Positions 8,998 through 18,717 of a stretch of 64,000 nt of DNA are shown here, one piece after another. The stretch is from an uncultured Verrucomicrobiae bacterium. Its GTDB lineage: Bacteria > Verrucomicrobiota > Verrucomicrobiia > Chthoniobacterales > Chthoniobacteraceae. The notes beneath the pieces were generated by a model. The model did no database searches and was not told the DNA's origin. It worked only from the letters and a program-made list of their open reading frames with translations. The position numbers were made by a program, and so were the translations under genes. The stretch spans positions 537,151-601,150 of the forward strand of contig CAVYKI010000012.1 of NCBI GenBank assembly GCA_963769025.1, written 5' to 3'. Each line of letters starts with the position of its first letter. Position 1 is the first letter of the stretch.

Positions 8998-9600
8998 ATG
9001 ATGAAAACAATCCTGCTCACCGCGCTGTCGCTCTTCACTGCGACCTCACTTCTTGCCGAAAACCCCGCCGCAGGCCTGGCGGTCGGCGCGACCATCCCGG
9101 ACGTCACGCTCCGCACCGACAAGGACAAGGCATTCAACCTGCGCCGGGAGGTGGCTGAGAAACCGGCGGTGCTCATTTTCTATCGCGGCGGATGGTGTCC
9201 ATTCTGCACGCGGCATCTCTCGGCGCTCGCGAGCATCGAGAAGGATCTCACCGCCGCCGGGTTTCAGCTCCTCGCAATCAGCACGGACGCGCCGGCGAAG
9301 CTGCGCGAAAAGCCCGACTATCAGGCGCTGACCTACACGCTGCTATCCGACAGCACGATGGATGCGGCCAAGGCGTTTGGCATTGCCTTCAAAGTGACCG
9401 ATGACGTGCTCGCCAAATACAAGGGCTTCGGCATCGATCTCGAAGCCGCCTCGGGCCAGACGCATCATCTCCTGCCGCATCCCGCCGTCTTCGTCGTCGA
9501 TCAGGCGGGCATCATCCGCTTCGCGCATGTGAACCCCGATTACAAATCGCGGCTCGACCCCGCGAAAATCCTCGAAGCCGCGCGCGACGCAAAGCCGTGA
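8998..9600 (+). CDS. Exported peroxiredoxin-like AhpC/TSA family protein
   Basis: Signal peptide, FYRGGWCPFC and LPHPAVFVVD. Confidence 0.85.
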   Translation: MMKTILLTALSLFTATSLLAENPAAGLAVGATIPDVTLRTDKDKAFNLRREVAEKPAVLIFYRGGWCPFCTRHLSALASIEKDLTAAGFQLLAISTDAPAKLREKPDYQALTYTLLSDSTMDAAKAFGIAFKVTDDVLAKYKGFGIDLEAASGQTHHLLPHPAVFVVDQAGIIRFAHVNPDYKSRLDPAKILEAARDAKP

Positions 9601-9720
9601 GTCGCCGCGTCTGCTCGACCGGCCCATGCTCGCCCGCGCACTCAAAGTCCCGCTCATCGTCGGCACGCTGTTGAATCTCATCAACAGCGGCGACGCGCTC
9701 CTCGCCGGGCACCTGCCGCC
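9597..9720 (+). pseudogene. N-terminal fragment of an NrtS-like small membrane protein
   Basis: RALKVPLIVGTLLNLINSGDAL, then abrupt loss of similarity. Confidence 0.55.
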
Positions 9721-9873
9721 AAGCGCGTCGCCGAGCTCATCGACCAGGGCGAACTCACCGCCACTGCCAACGACAACCTCAGCCCGATCAACGCCGAGAA
9801 CATCCTCGAAGGCCACCGCCGCCTCGAATCTGGCAGAAGCATCGGCAAGCTCACCATCTCAGGGTGGAAATGA
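9721..9873 (+). pseudogene. C-terminal fragment of a zinc-binding alcohol dehydrogenase/quinone reductase family protein
   Basis: KRVAELIDQGEL...PINAENILEGHRRLESGRSIGKLTISGWK*; no upstream part. Confidence 0.65.
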
Positions 9874-9906
9874 GCCCGATCTCTGACAAACCAAACAACG
9901 ACCACT

Positions 9907-10030
9907 ATGACCGCACTAACACTAACCATCGTCGCCAACATCAAGGCCGACTCGGACAAGATCGATTTTGTGAAAGCAGAACTGCTCAAGCTTATCGATG
10001 TCACCCCCGCCGAAAAGGGCTGCATCAATC
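9907..10030 (+). pseudogene. N-terminal fragment of a putative quinol (ABM family) monooxygenase
   Basis: LTIVANIKAD..KIDFVKAELLKLIDVT.AEKGCIN, then truncated. Confidence 0.65.
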
Positions 10031-10056
10031 GCTCCGCGCGCCATCCCTATTCCACC

Positions 10057-11414
10057 ATGAATCTTCTTTCGATCACCGCTGCCTTTCTTGCCCTGTGTCT
10101 CTCAATCCGCGCCGAGGAGACCGCCGCGACGAAGCTGCTCAAGGAGCGCTCGAAGGCGCTGCTCCCCACCGTCACGCAGGTTTCCAAGTCGGTGTATTGC
10201 GCTTCCGGCTACAGCCCGGCGAATATCTCCATGATCGTCGGAACCAATGGCATCGTGATTGTGGATACCGGGATGTTTCCCGATGACGCGCGAGCGGTGA
10301 TGAAGGAGTTCCGCAAGGTCACTCAATTGCCGGTCACAGGAGTCATCCTTACCCACGGTCACGGCGATCATACGGGCGGTTTGAGTGCGTTTATGGAGGC
10401 CGGCCCGAACGGATCGAAGCCAGCCGTCTATGGTCGCTCGCCTTTCAATACGGAGGGCGACGCGTTCAAGGCGGCGGGACTGACGATCAACGGCATCCGC
10501 GGGGCTCGGCAGGGAGGCTTCCTGCTGCCGCCGGAGAAGCGCATCAACAACGGAATCGCCGCGGCGTCTATCCTCCGAAGGATCGGAACGCTTTCGACAG
10601 CGGCGCCGCCCAGCCGACCGATACGTTTGGCGACGGACGGAAGAAGATCGCGGTGGCAGGCTTGGAATTGGAGTTGGTCGCGGCACCCGGCGAGACTTCC
10701 GATGAGCTTTACGTGTGGTTTCCGGCGGAGCGAGTCGTCTTTACCGGCGACAACTTCTATCGCTCATGGCCGAACATCTATGCCATCCGGGGCGCCGCCT
10801 ATCGCGATGTGCTCGAGTGGATTCACAGCCTCGAGATGATGCTCGCCGAAAAACCGGCGCACGCCGTCCCGGGACATACCCTCCCCGTGGTCGGCGAGGC
10901 GGAGACGATGGAGGTGCTGGGGAACTACCGCAAAGCCATTCGCTACGTCTTCGACGCCACGATTGCCGGGATGAACAAAGGAATGACGCCCGACGAACTG
11001 GTGCACACGGTGAAACTGCCCCCGGAACTCGCGTCGCAGGATTACCTCCGCGAATTCTACGGGAACGTCGAGTGGGCGGTCCGGTCCATCTTCGCGGGAA
11101 CTCTGGGATGGTTCGACGGCAATCCGACGCATCTCTTTTCGCTCCCACCAGCGGAGGAGGCAAAGCGCATGGCTGAACTCGCGGGCGGTGTTGAGCAACT
11201 CCAGGCTCGTGCGCGCAAGGCTCTGGAGGCGGGTGACGCCCAGTGGTGCGCGCAGTTGTGCGACCATCTCATCGCGCTGGACCCGAAATCGAAGGTGCCG
11301 AAATTACTAAAGGCAGATGCGCTCGAAGTGCTCGCGGAACATTTACTGACTGCCACCGGCCGGAACTACTACCTTACCGTTGCGCAACAGCTTCGTGCCG
11401 ACGCTGGCAAATAG
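10057..11414 (+). CDS. Alkyl/aryl-sulfatase, MBL fold (SdsA1-like), frameshift near 10570
   Basis: THGHGDHTGG, APGETSD, PNIYAIRG, PGH and GWFDGNP motifs. Confidence 0.88.
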
Positions 11415-11557
11415 GAGCCTCATTCTCGTTCTCGCCGCCGCCCGCCGGCGTTTTGCCCGGCACTACGTTCCGGACGACGACGTGCTGCTCGTGTGTGCGC
11501 GCTTTTTCTAAGCCTGCGAAGTTCGTGCGCCAGCCGCCACGATCACGCCGGCTTGGA

Positions 11558-11640
11558 TCAGCTCGCGCTGGCGAACTGTGGATCGAGCGGTGTGTGGGCG
11601 ATGTAGTTGGTGTAGTTCGACATCGTTTTGATCCCGACGT
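11558..11640 (-). pseudogene. C-terminal fragment of an AhpD/carboxymuconolactone decarboxylase family protein
   Basis: Minus strand reads VGIKTMSNYTNYIAHTPLDPQFASAS*. Confidence 0.55.
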
Positions 11641-11782
11641 GCAGGCGGAGGAGGAGCGCTGCTTCGGCCGGCACCAGACTGCGGATGCGCCGCAGAAACG
11701 CGATGCGTTCACCCCGGACGAAACCGCCTACATCGCTGCGCGCGACAGCTTCTACATGGCCGCGAAGAACAGCAACGGCTGA
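11630..11782 (+). pseudogene. N-terminal fragment of a pyridoxamine 5'-phosphate oxidase family protein
   Basis: DAFTPDETAYIAARDSFYMA, then stop. Confidence 0.55.
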
Positions 11783-11800
11783 GCCTACAACTGAGGCGGA

Positions 11801-13307
11801 TCAGCCGTTCGTCTCAATGGGTTTGTGGTGGTCTGCATGGGTCTTCACATGGGATGTCGATGAAAGTGCGCTCAACAAAACAGCGCGAATGGTTTCTTCC
11901 GCATTGGCGTGGGCCAGCACGCTCACTTGATCCCAACCACACAGTTGGGTGGAGCCCTTGGGAACCAGCAGGTCTTTTCCCCGTGTGATCAAGGTAATTA
12001 CCGAACCGGGGGGAAGCTTCAATTCGGCGATTGTCAGTCCAATCAGACTTTGAGGGCCGGGAAGTTCGACTACGATAATATCCAAGTCAGTTGCGGCCAT
12101 GGTAACGAGTTCCAGCTTGAACAGGGGATTTGGACGCGCGGGAACGGTCAGGTTGAGGCAGCGTGCCAAGGCTCCCAGTCGTGCTTCCCTGCACCGCGAC
12201 CGACAGGAGAACCGCGAAAAACACCAGATTGAATATCTCTTCTCCCACGGCAATGCCGGCCGCCATGGGATAGGTGGCCAGGACGATCGGCACCGCACCC
12301 CGGAGCCCCGCCCAGGAGATGAAGACCTTGTTTTTCCACCCTAAACGCATCCCAACTGTGGCGAGCCATACCGCGAAGGGGCGAGCCACAAAGGTCAACA
12401 CCAGGAAGAGCAGAATGCCTTCAAACCAAATGCCCGCCCATTGACGGGGAAAAACCTGAAGGCCCAGCAGGACGAACATGCCGATGTTGGCCATGGTGGA
12501 AAGGGCAGAAGAAAAATTCGCCACGCCCTGCTTGTGCACAAAGGAACGGTTGCCCATCACATAGCCGGCAATAAAGACCGCCAGCATTCCGCTGGATCCG
12601 ATCAGTTGGGCCAGACCATAGACCAGGAGGACGATTGCCAGGGTGAGCACGTAGTAGTGGCCGCGGTCCTGGGGTGTCAGGCAATTGAACAACCACAGGG
12701 CTCCGCGAGCCATCAGCCAGCCCAGCAAGGGCGCTGCTCCAAATTGCCAGAGAAAGGTCATGGCCATGACCGGCAGGGCTGGGCGACCGACGGTGAGTGC
12801 CTCCACCACGGCCACGGTGAGCAGGATCGCCATCGGATCGTTGGCGGCGCTTTCGATTTCGACCGTGGATGACAGTTTCTTCGACAAGGATTGCCGCCGT
12901 AGAATTGAGAAGATCGCCGCCGCGTCCGTGGAAGAGACGATGACTGCCAGCAAGATGGCCTTGTCGAACGCCCAGCCGAAAATCCCATACAGCACACCGA
13001 AGGTCGCCGCCGCAGTCAGGGCGACGCCCCAGGTGGCCAGCCCCCCGGCGGGCAACGCCACTTCCTTGAAGTCAGACCGCTTGGTGGAGAAGCCCCCGTA
13101 AAACAGAATGAAAACCAGGGCCAGGTTTGCGACCCGGTTGGTGAGGTCAATGTCGTCAAAGTGCCAGAGATTCAAAACGTCGCTGCCGAAACAAATCCCG
13201 GCGCCAAGCGCGATCAGGATGACCGGGACACTCCAGCGGTCCAGCCACACTGCGGCCAGGACAACGGCAATCAGGATAACTGGCCCAACAATATAGACAA
13301 CGTCCAT
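11801..13307 (-). CDS. nhaP2: K+/H+ antiporter (NhaP2/CvrA type) with TrkA_C domain, frameshift near 12175
   Basis: SSTDAAAIFSIL, IESAANDPMA, WAGLRGAVPIVLA; C-terminal ITRG..LLVPKGST. Confidence 0.9.
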
Positions 13308-13389
13308 GGGTCTTCTTTAGCTGCTGCGATTCATACTCTTTGAGGATACCCGCTCTGCCGCGTCAGGCATCACGCTTCTCCGACAATGC

Positions 13390-13530
13390 AACGCGCACCT
13401 CGCTTGTAGGTGCGATACGCATAATTCGAGGCGGAGCGCCCGGCCTTTGGCAGCAGCCCGACCCGCTCGTAATAATGTATCGTCTGCACGCCCACGCCGG
13501 CGTGCGCCGCCAGTTCGCTAACCTTCAAGA
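13390..13530 (-). pseudogene. MerR family HTH fragment
   Basis: LKVSELAAHAGVGVQTIHYYERVGLLPKAGRSASNY; no effector domain. Confidence 0.7.
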
Positions 13531-14952
13531 GAGATTCGATCCTCGCTTGGGCGCGAGCAGGAGTTGGTAGAGCATGTTGTCGGCGAAGGTCGGATCTTTG
13601 GTGAGGCCGAGGTGATTCTGCTGAAGGAAGGTGACGCTCGTCCATGGAATCGGAGACCGGATGGTGAGCTGCTGTTGATCGGCGCGACGCGTGTCGAAGA
13701 GCGCGCTGGATCGCAGCACCACGCCGTCGCCGGGCGCGTAGGTGTTGTCCCGAAGCGCTCCGTCGCGCGCGATGGACATGGCGGAGACGGTGGGCACTCC
13801 GTCGCCGGCGTAGAGGTGGAGGTAAAGACCGGAAGGAAGCTGGTGCGGGCGCTTCAGGGCTGCTCGAAAGGCCCGGCCTCGCGCCAGACCCTTGCGCAGA
13901 TGCGCGGTGGCGATGGCGGCGCGACGGGCCGGGTCCGGTTCATCGGGGATAAGCTCGGCGAGCACCGGGGCCGACGACGCGGAGGCGAGGCCCCAGCCTC
14001 GCCGCTCCCACTCGGAGGGGTCGAGGTAGTCGATCCGCTGGCCGGTTTTTTCATCCACGACAGTCTGGATTTCCGGGTCCGGCAGGAGTTGATAAATGGA
14101 CGGCATCGTCCCGAGCACCGCGGCGGAGTAACGGGGCAGAATGGACGCGGGCCGATAGCCGCCGATGAGTTCCTTGAGGGTCTCAACCGAACCGCCGTTC
14201 GGCGTGCCGATGAGCAGCACTTTGTTCACGTTTCGCGCTCCGGCCCAGGTCAGCGCGGGCAGTTCGCCATTGGGGCCGGGCTCGGCTTTTCCATACATGA
14301 GCATGTAGCGCGTGAGCAGTCCGCCCATCGAGTGCGCGACGATGTCGAATTTCACCGGTGCTCCGCTGCGTCCGAATCGTCGCAGATTTTCGGCTTCGAC
14401 CGCGCGGCGCTTTTCCTCGATGAAATCGTAAAGTCGGCGCGCGTTCTCGATGTTGTCGCGCCGCCAGTCGTAGGCGAATTGGAAGCAGGTGAAATGCACG
14501 CTGCCGTAGTCCACTTTCCGGAAGCTCGCATCGAGGTATCCGCCGGCTCCCAGCGTGCCGAGCAGCGCAGCGTAGGCGGACAAATTCACGGGAAGTCCGA
14601 GCACTCGGAGCCGCACGGAATCCAGCGCGCCCGTGGCTTTCACCTCATCCCGGAGGTCGGCAAATCGGGTGTCTCCCATCGGCAACGCGACGAGTCTGGC
14701 TCCGTCGGCGCGGCCCGGATTCGCACTGCCGCCGCCAAACGCTCCCCAGACGATTCGTCCGCTTGCGGAATCCTCCAGGCGCGAGCCGAGGATGCCGGGA
14801 ATGACGATGACCGGATTTGTCTCCGGCGTGTGATGGGAGGCGCTGCGGCTGTAGATGCCGCCGAGGTCCGGCATCGGCACGGATGCGCAGCCGCCGAGCA
14901 CCAAAGCGGCAAGCGTTCCGATCCAATGGGGGCCAGTGTGATTGGCTCTCAT
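13525..14952 (-). CDS. Alpha/beta hydrolase lipoprotein (LCAT/lipase-like)
   Basis: Lipobox LGGC, VIPGILGSRL, YDWR, AHSMGG and GDGVV; the ORF is open up to 15063. Confidence 0.85.
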   Translation of the reverse strand: MRANHTGPHWIGTLAALVLGGCASVPMPDLGGIYSRSASHHTPETNPVIVIPGILGSRLEDSASGRIVWGAFGGGSANPGRADGARLVALPMGDTRFADLRDEVKATGALDSVRLRVLGLPVNLSAYAALLGTLGAGGYLDASFRKVDYGSVHFTCFQFAYDWRRDNIENARRLYDFIEEKRRAVEAENLRRFGRSGAPVKFDIVAHSMGGLLTRYMLMYGKAEPGPNGELPALTWAGARNVNKVLLIGTPNGGSVETLKELIGGYRPASILPRYSAAVLGTMPSIYQLLPDPEIQTVVDEKTGQRIDYLDPSEWERRGWGLASASSAPVLAELIPDEPDPARRAAIATAHLRKGLARGRAFRAALKRPHQLPSGLYLHLYAGDGVPTVSAMSIARDGALRDNTYAPGDGVVLRSSALFDTRRADQQQLTIRSPIPWTSVTFLQQNHLGLTKDPTFADNMLYQLLLAPKRGSNLS

Positions 14953-15073
14953 GCGTGCGCCGCAAGCAGATTCATCCGGCGCTGTGATGGGTTTCAATCC
15001 GGGGACTTTCATGGCAAACAGGTCGCTGTCGTGTCCTTCGTATTCATGGTGTTCGATTGGCAAGGTTGTCAGA

Positions 15074-16246
15074 TCACTCCGGGCCGGCGCTGCATGGCGT
15101 GTTGCCGTATTGCTGGCGGTAGCCTTCGAGAAACCGCCGGTCGATCGTGTCCTTCAGCCACATGCTGGAGCGACCGTGCCACCAGAACGGCCCCCAGGTC
15201 GCCAGCCCGGTGCCGTCGCCGAGATTGAGGATGGCGAGATAGCGTTTCTGGGGCGTGTAGTTGGGTGAGCGGTTTGCCGTCGAGGCTGGCGAGCAGGTTG
15301 GCGTGGATGTGGCGGGCCTGGCGCACTCCGAAGACGCCCAGCTTGGGCAGATCGAATCCTTCCATGCGGCGCAGTCACCGCCCGCAAACACCCGCTCGTC
15401 GGCGATCGAGTGGAGGCTCGCGGTGACCCGCAGACCTTGTCCGGGAAGCGTCGGCAAGCCGATCTTCTCCACGAGCGGATTGGCTTCGAGCCCGGTGGCA
15501 AGGACGACAAGATCGGCAACGATGCGGCTGCCGTCTTCGGCGATGAGCGCCTCCCGCTCTCGCGGACGATCCGCGTGTTTGCAGGCGGATGTTCACACCG
15601 GCGCTCGCGAGGGTGCGCTGCAGCGAGCGGGCCGCGCCGGACGGAGCCTGCTGGATCAATCGGTCGCCGGGCGTGATCAAGGTCACGGGCATGCGTGACG
15701 GAATAAGCGGGCGGCCAGTGCGGCGAGATTTGCCGCAACCTCGGAGCCGGTCGGTCCGCCGCCAATCACCGCCACGCGCGGCGTTTCGCCTGCGCGAAAG
15801 CGCGCCTCCAGATGCTCGCGGAGCTTCCACAGATTGCTGATCGGCTTGACCGGCCACACGCTCGGGATCATTCGCCGCGCCGGGGATGGCGTCCACATTC
15901 ACGCGACTGCCGACATTGAGCGACAGATAGTCGTAGGCCAGCTCGCCGCCGCCCGCCAGGCGCAGCCGTCGTGCGGTGGGTTCCAGATTTCCTCGACCCG
16001 GTCCTGGATAAATTCGCCGCCGTGCGCCTCGATCAACGCCCGCGGGTTCACCTGATCCTCGGCGGGCTCGTAGCTGCCGCCCAGCATTCCGGTCGCCAGA
16101 CCTGAATACCAAAATTCCGACGGATCGATCAGGATCACTCGCGCCCCGCGCTCGACAAACTCTTCGGCCCGCGCCGCCACATGCAAATGGACGTGGCCCG
16201 CGCCGACGAGAAAGACGGTTCGAGGCGTGCCGGGCTTCATCAACAT
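15074..16246 (-). CDS. NAD(P)/FAD-dependent oxidoreductase resembling the SelD N-terminal partner domain, several frameshifts
   Basis: LVGAGHVHL, YSG..TGMLGG.Y, VIGGGPTGSE, FAGGDCA, GVFGVRQA and LKDTIDRRF motifs. Confidence 0.85.
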
Positions 16247-16249
16247 CGG

Positions 16250-17122
16250 TCACCTCCAGAACATCAAAAAGTCCAGCACGCGATCGCGGATCATCTTCGC
16301 CCGGCTGTAGCTTTGGCCGTTGTCGGACTGGTCGTTGAGGCCCCAGTTGTAAGGCAGGTAGCTGATTTCGTATTCGCCCGCTTCAAGAAAGCTCCGATCG
16401 GCATCCGGTCCGTAGCGGGCGAGGATTTTCTTCACGCCGCCTGCCTTCTCGAAGTCAACGGCGAACCATGTGAAGATGCTGGAAATCTGCGCGGAACTTC
16501 GGTGCGGCTCGAAATGGTTGAGATCGTTGCGACCGAGCCATTCGTGAAAGGCGTTGTCGATCTGCGAGTCGAGCGCGGACGCGTTGTAGGCAGAGCGCTG
16601 CAAAGGCGGGCAACTGCGCGCGGCGCAGACGAGCACTGCGTGTGCGCGGTAGCCGAGGAGCGGGCGCAGCGTGCCATGCTCGATGTCATTGAGCGCGACT
16701 TTCTGACCGCCGACCTCGTGCCGTCTCACGCCGAACGAATCGCTCAACGACTGGATGCTCGCGGTGGGATGGTTCTTGAGAATCCAACGGACGGTGAGCG
16801 CGTTGTAGAGATTGATGAGCGCCGCAGCCTTTTCATCGCCGGTCGCCGGCTGCGCGGGCTTCGGCTCGAACTGCCGCAGATAGTCGTCGAGCGCGCGAAG
16901 GTCTTCCGCGTTTGCTTTCCATGTGCCGTAGGCGACCAGGCCTTTCGCATCGACATATTTTTTCAAGAGCCGGTCGTAAGACTCGTTCGCGAGGCCCGCG
17001 GGCACTTCGATGGCGGAAGGCGGCGGCCCCGTCCGGCTGCGGAGAAACGCGCGCGTGCCGATGCCGGCGACGAACACGAGGACGACCAGCGCGATCAGCT
17101 TTTTCGTTTTGGTCAGTTTCAT
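16250..17122 (-). CDS. DUF547 domain protein (second copy)
   Basis: LLKKYVD, INLYNA, HAVLVCAARSCPPL, SSIFTWF and YNWGLND motifs. Confidence 0.9.
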   Translation of the reverse strand: MKLTKTKKLIALVVLVFVAGIGTRAFLRSRTGPPPSAIEVPAGLANESYDRLLKKYVDAKGLVAYGTWKANAEDLRALDDYLRQFEPKPAQPATGDEKAAALINLYNALTVRWILKNHPTASIQSLSDSFGVRRHEVGGQKVALNDIEHGTLRPLLGYRAHAVLVCAARSCPPLQRSAYNASALDSQIDNAFHEWLGRNDLNHFEPHRSSAQISSIFTWFAVDFEKAGGVKKILARYGPDADRSFLEAGEYEISYLPYNWGLNDQSDNGQSYSRAKMIRDRVLDFLMFWR

Positions 17123-17291
17123 TCGCGGAGCTTTTCTCCTTCGCCTTTGTCGGGCGAATGGGTGGCGTCACGATTCAGTCCCGCATCCTGCTGGAGTTGC
17201 GGGGAGGAGCCTTCGCGAGGCAGACCGAACCGCATGCGCCGGTCGCGCCAGAGCAATTGCAAATCCTCGGACAAGTGGCCGGGAGCTTCGG

Positions 17292-17480
17292 CTAATTGAA
17301 AACGACGGCGACGAAACTGCCGTCGCGCATCTGCACAAGGTTCGGCCACGCGCAGACGTTATCAATCGCGATGACACGGCGCGGCGGCTCCTGCGCGGAT
17401 GCGGCGGAGATGATGAATGCGAAGGCCAATGGGGAAAGCCAGCTTCGGTCGATGACGTTTCCGGGGGGATGCATGTTCAT
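17292..17480 (-). pseudogene. N-terminal fragment of an exported sialidase/BNR-like protein
   Basis: Signal peptide plus IAIDNVCAWPNLVQMRDGSFVAVVFN*. Confidence 0.5.
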
Positions 17481-17828
17481 GAAGGAGTCCCGAATCGAAC
17501 GAGAGTGTGTCAAGTTCATGGCGAGGTGAGTGGCGTCTCACTCCAGCCCCGGTGCGCGCAGCTCCTTCAGCGTGCGCGCGGTCACGGGCGATCGTGGCAT
17601 CGGCGCGCCGCCAATGGGTCGGGCTTTCAGCCCTCATTCCATCTCTTGCCCGGAACCAAGGGCGTTGCCCGCATAAGACGCCTACCGCCCAGTTCGGCAT
17701 GGGTTGCGCCGTTGATGCACAGGTGCGGCAAGGCGCGATGCCTTTCCGTAGAGTGTCGCGACAAATAATTAGTCCGGCCCTCCTCTCCCTCAAGGGTGAT
17801 TTGTGGCGGGTGCGTATGCGTTGCAGGG

Positions 17829-18707
17829 CTAAAAGTCCTCGGCCATCTGATCGAGTTCCTTGTTGATGCGATCCTTCCCGATGTCCGAGATGCCGCTTTG
17901 GAGAAGGGTGTCGAAGGTCTCGATGGCTTTGATTTTCTTGCCAGCGGCGAGGAGGGCCCGGGCGTAGGCTTCGAGGAGTAAGCATCGGGAGTGAGTGTTC
18001 TCGATCTTGTCGAAAGCGATGCCTTCAAACAGTTTTGCGGCTTCCATCGCCCGATGATCCTGAATGAGCAGGCGCGACAGGGCGACCAGGCTCGTGTTGC
18101 GCCACGCATAAGACGCGGGCGAGATTTCAAGGGCCTGGCGGAACATCTCCTCGGCTTTGCGGGTGTCTCCCTGTTTGAGGTAATGCTGGGCTGCATCCGT
18201 GGCGGCATTCCCACGCACGACGGTCTCCGTTCCGGGCGCGGCGATCGCTTTCAATCGGTGCTCTTGCGCGGATGCGTCATCGCCACGCAGTTGGTAGATC
18301 GTGGCGAGGATCACGTGGGCCTTGCCGCGACAACTCACAGGCCATTCGTCAATCTTCTTATCACGCACTCGCGCCAGAGCTTCGTCGTAGCGTTTGAAAT
18401 CTGACAACGCGCGGAGATTGGCATAGTCTCGTCGCGCGGGTTCCTTCACTTTGTCAGCGAGCGCCAGTGCGCGATCCGTGTCTTTCAGGGACCCCGAGGC
18501 AATTTCGATGGCGATGTCCAGATAGTGGAAGTTCTCGTCATCGTCGGTGGTCCGGGCCGCCATGGTTTCGAGTTTTTGAATGGCCTCATCGAAGCGCTTC
18601 TCGCCACGCAGTTGCTTCACGACCTTCAATTGCGTGAAGTCGAGTGCCGACGCTGCTCCGAGCTGAACAAGGAACACGATGATGGTGATGGAGGTGATGC
18701 GTTTCAT
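17829..18707 (-). CDS. Exported tetratricopeptide-repeat protein
   Basis: Signal peptide and repeated helical pairs (AEEMFRQALEISP, AIETFDTLL). Confidence 0.7.
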   Translation of the reverse strand: MKRITSITIIVFLVQLGAASALDFTQLKVVKQLRGEKRFDEAIQKLETMAARTTDDDENFHYLDIAIEIASGSLKDTDRALALADKVKEPARRDYANLRALSDFKRYDEALARVRDKKIDEWPVSCRGKAHVILATIYQLRGDDASAQEHRLKAIAAPGTETVVRGNAATDAAQHYLKQGDTRKAEEMFRQALEISPASYAWRNTSLVALSRLLIQDHRAMEAAKLFEGIAFDKIENTHSRCLLLEAYARALLAAGKKIKAIETFDTLLQSGISDIGKDRINKELDQMAEDF

Positions 18708-18717
18708 CTGCGAGCGC

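Noticed and set aside
17615..17720. Possible degenerate REP-like element
   Set aside because: Single imperfect copy in the window; cannot be supported without a genome-wide search
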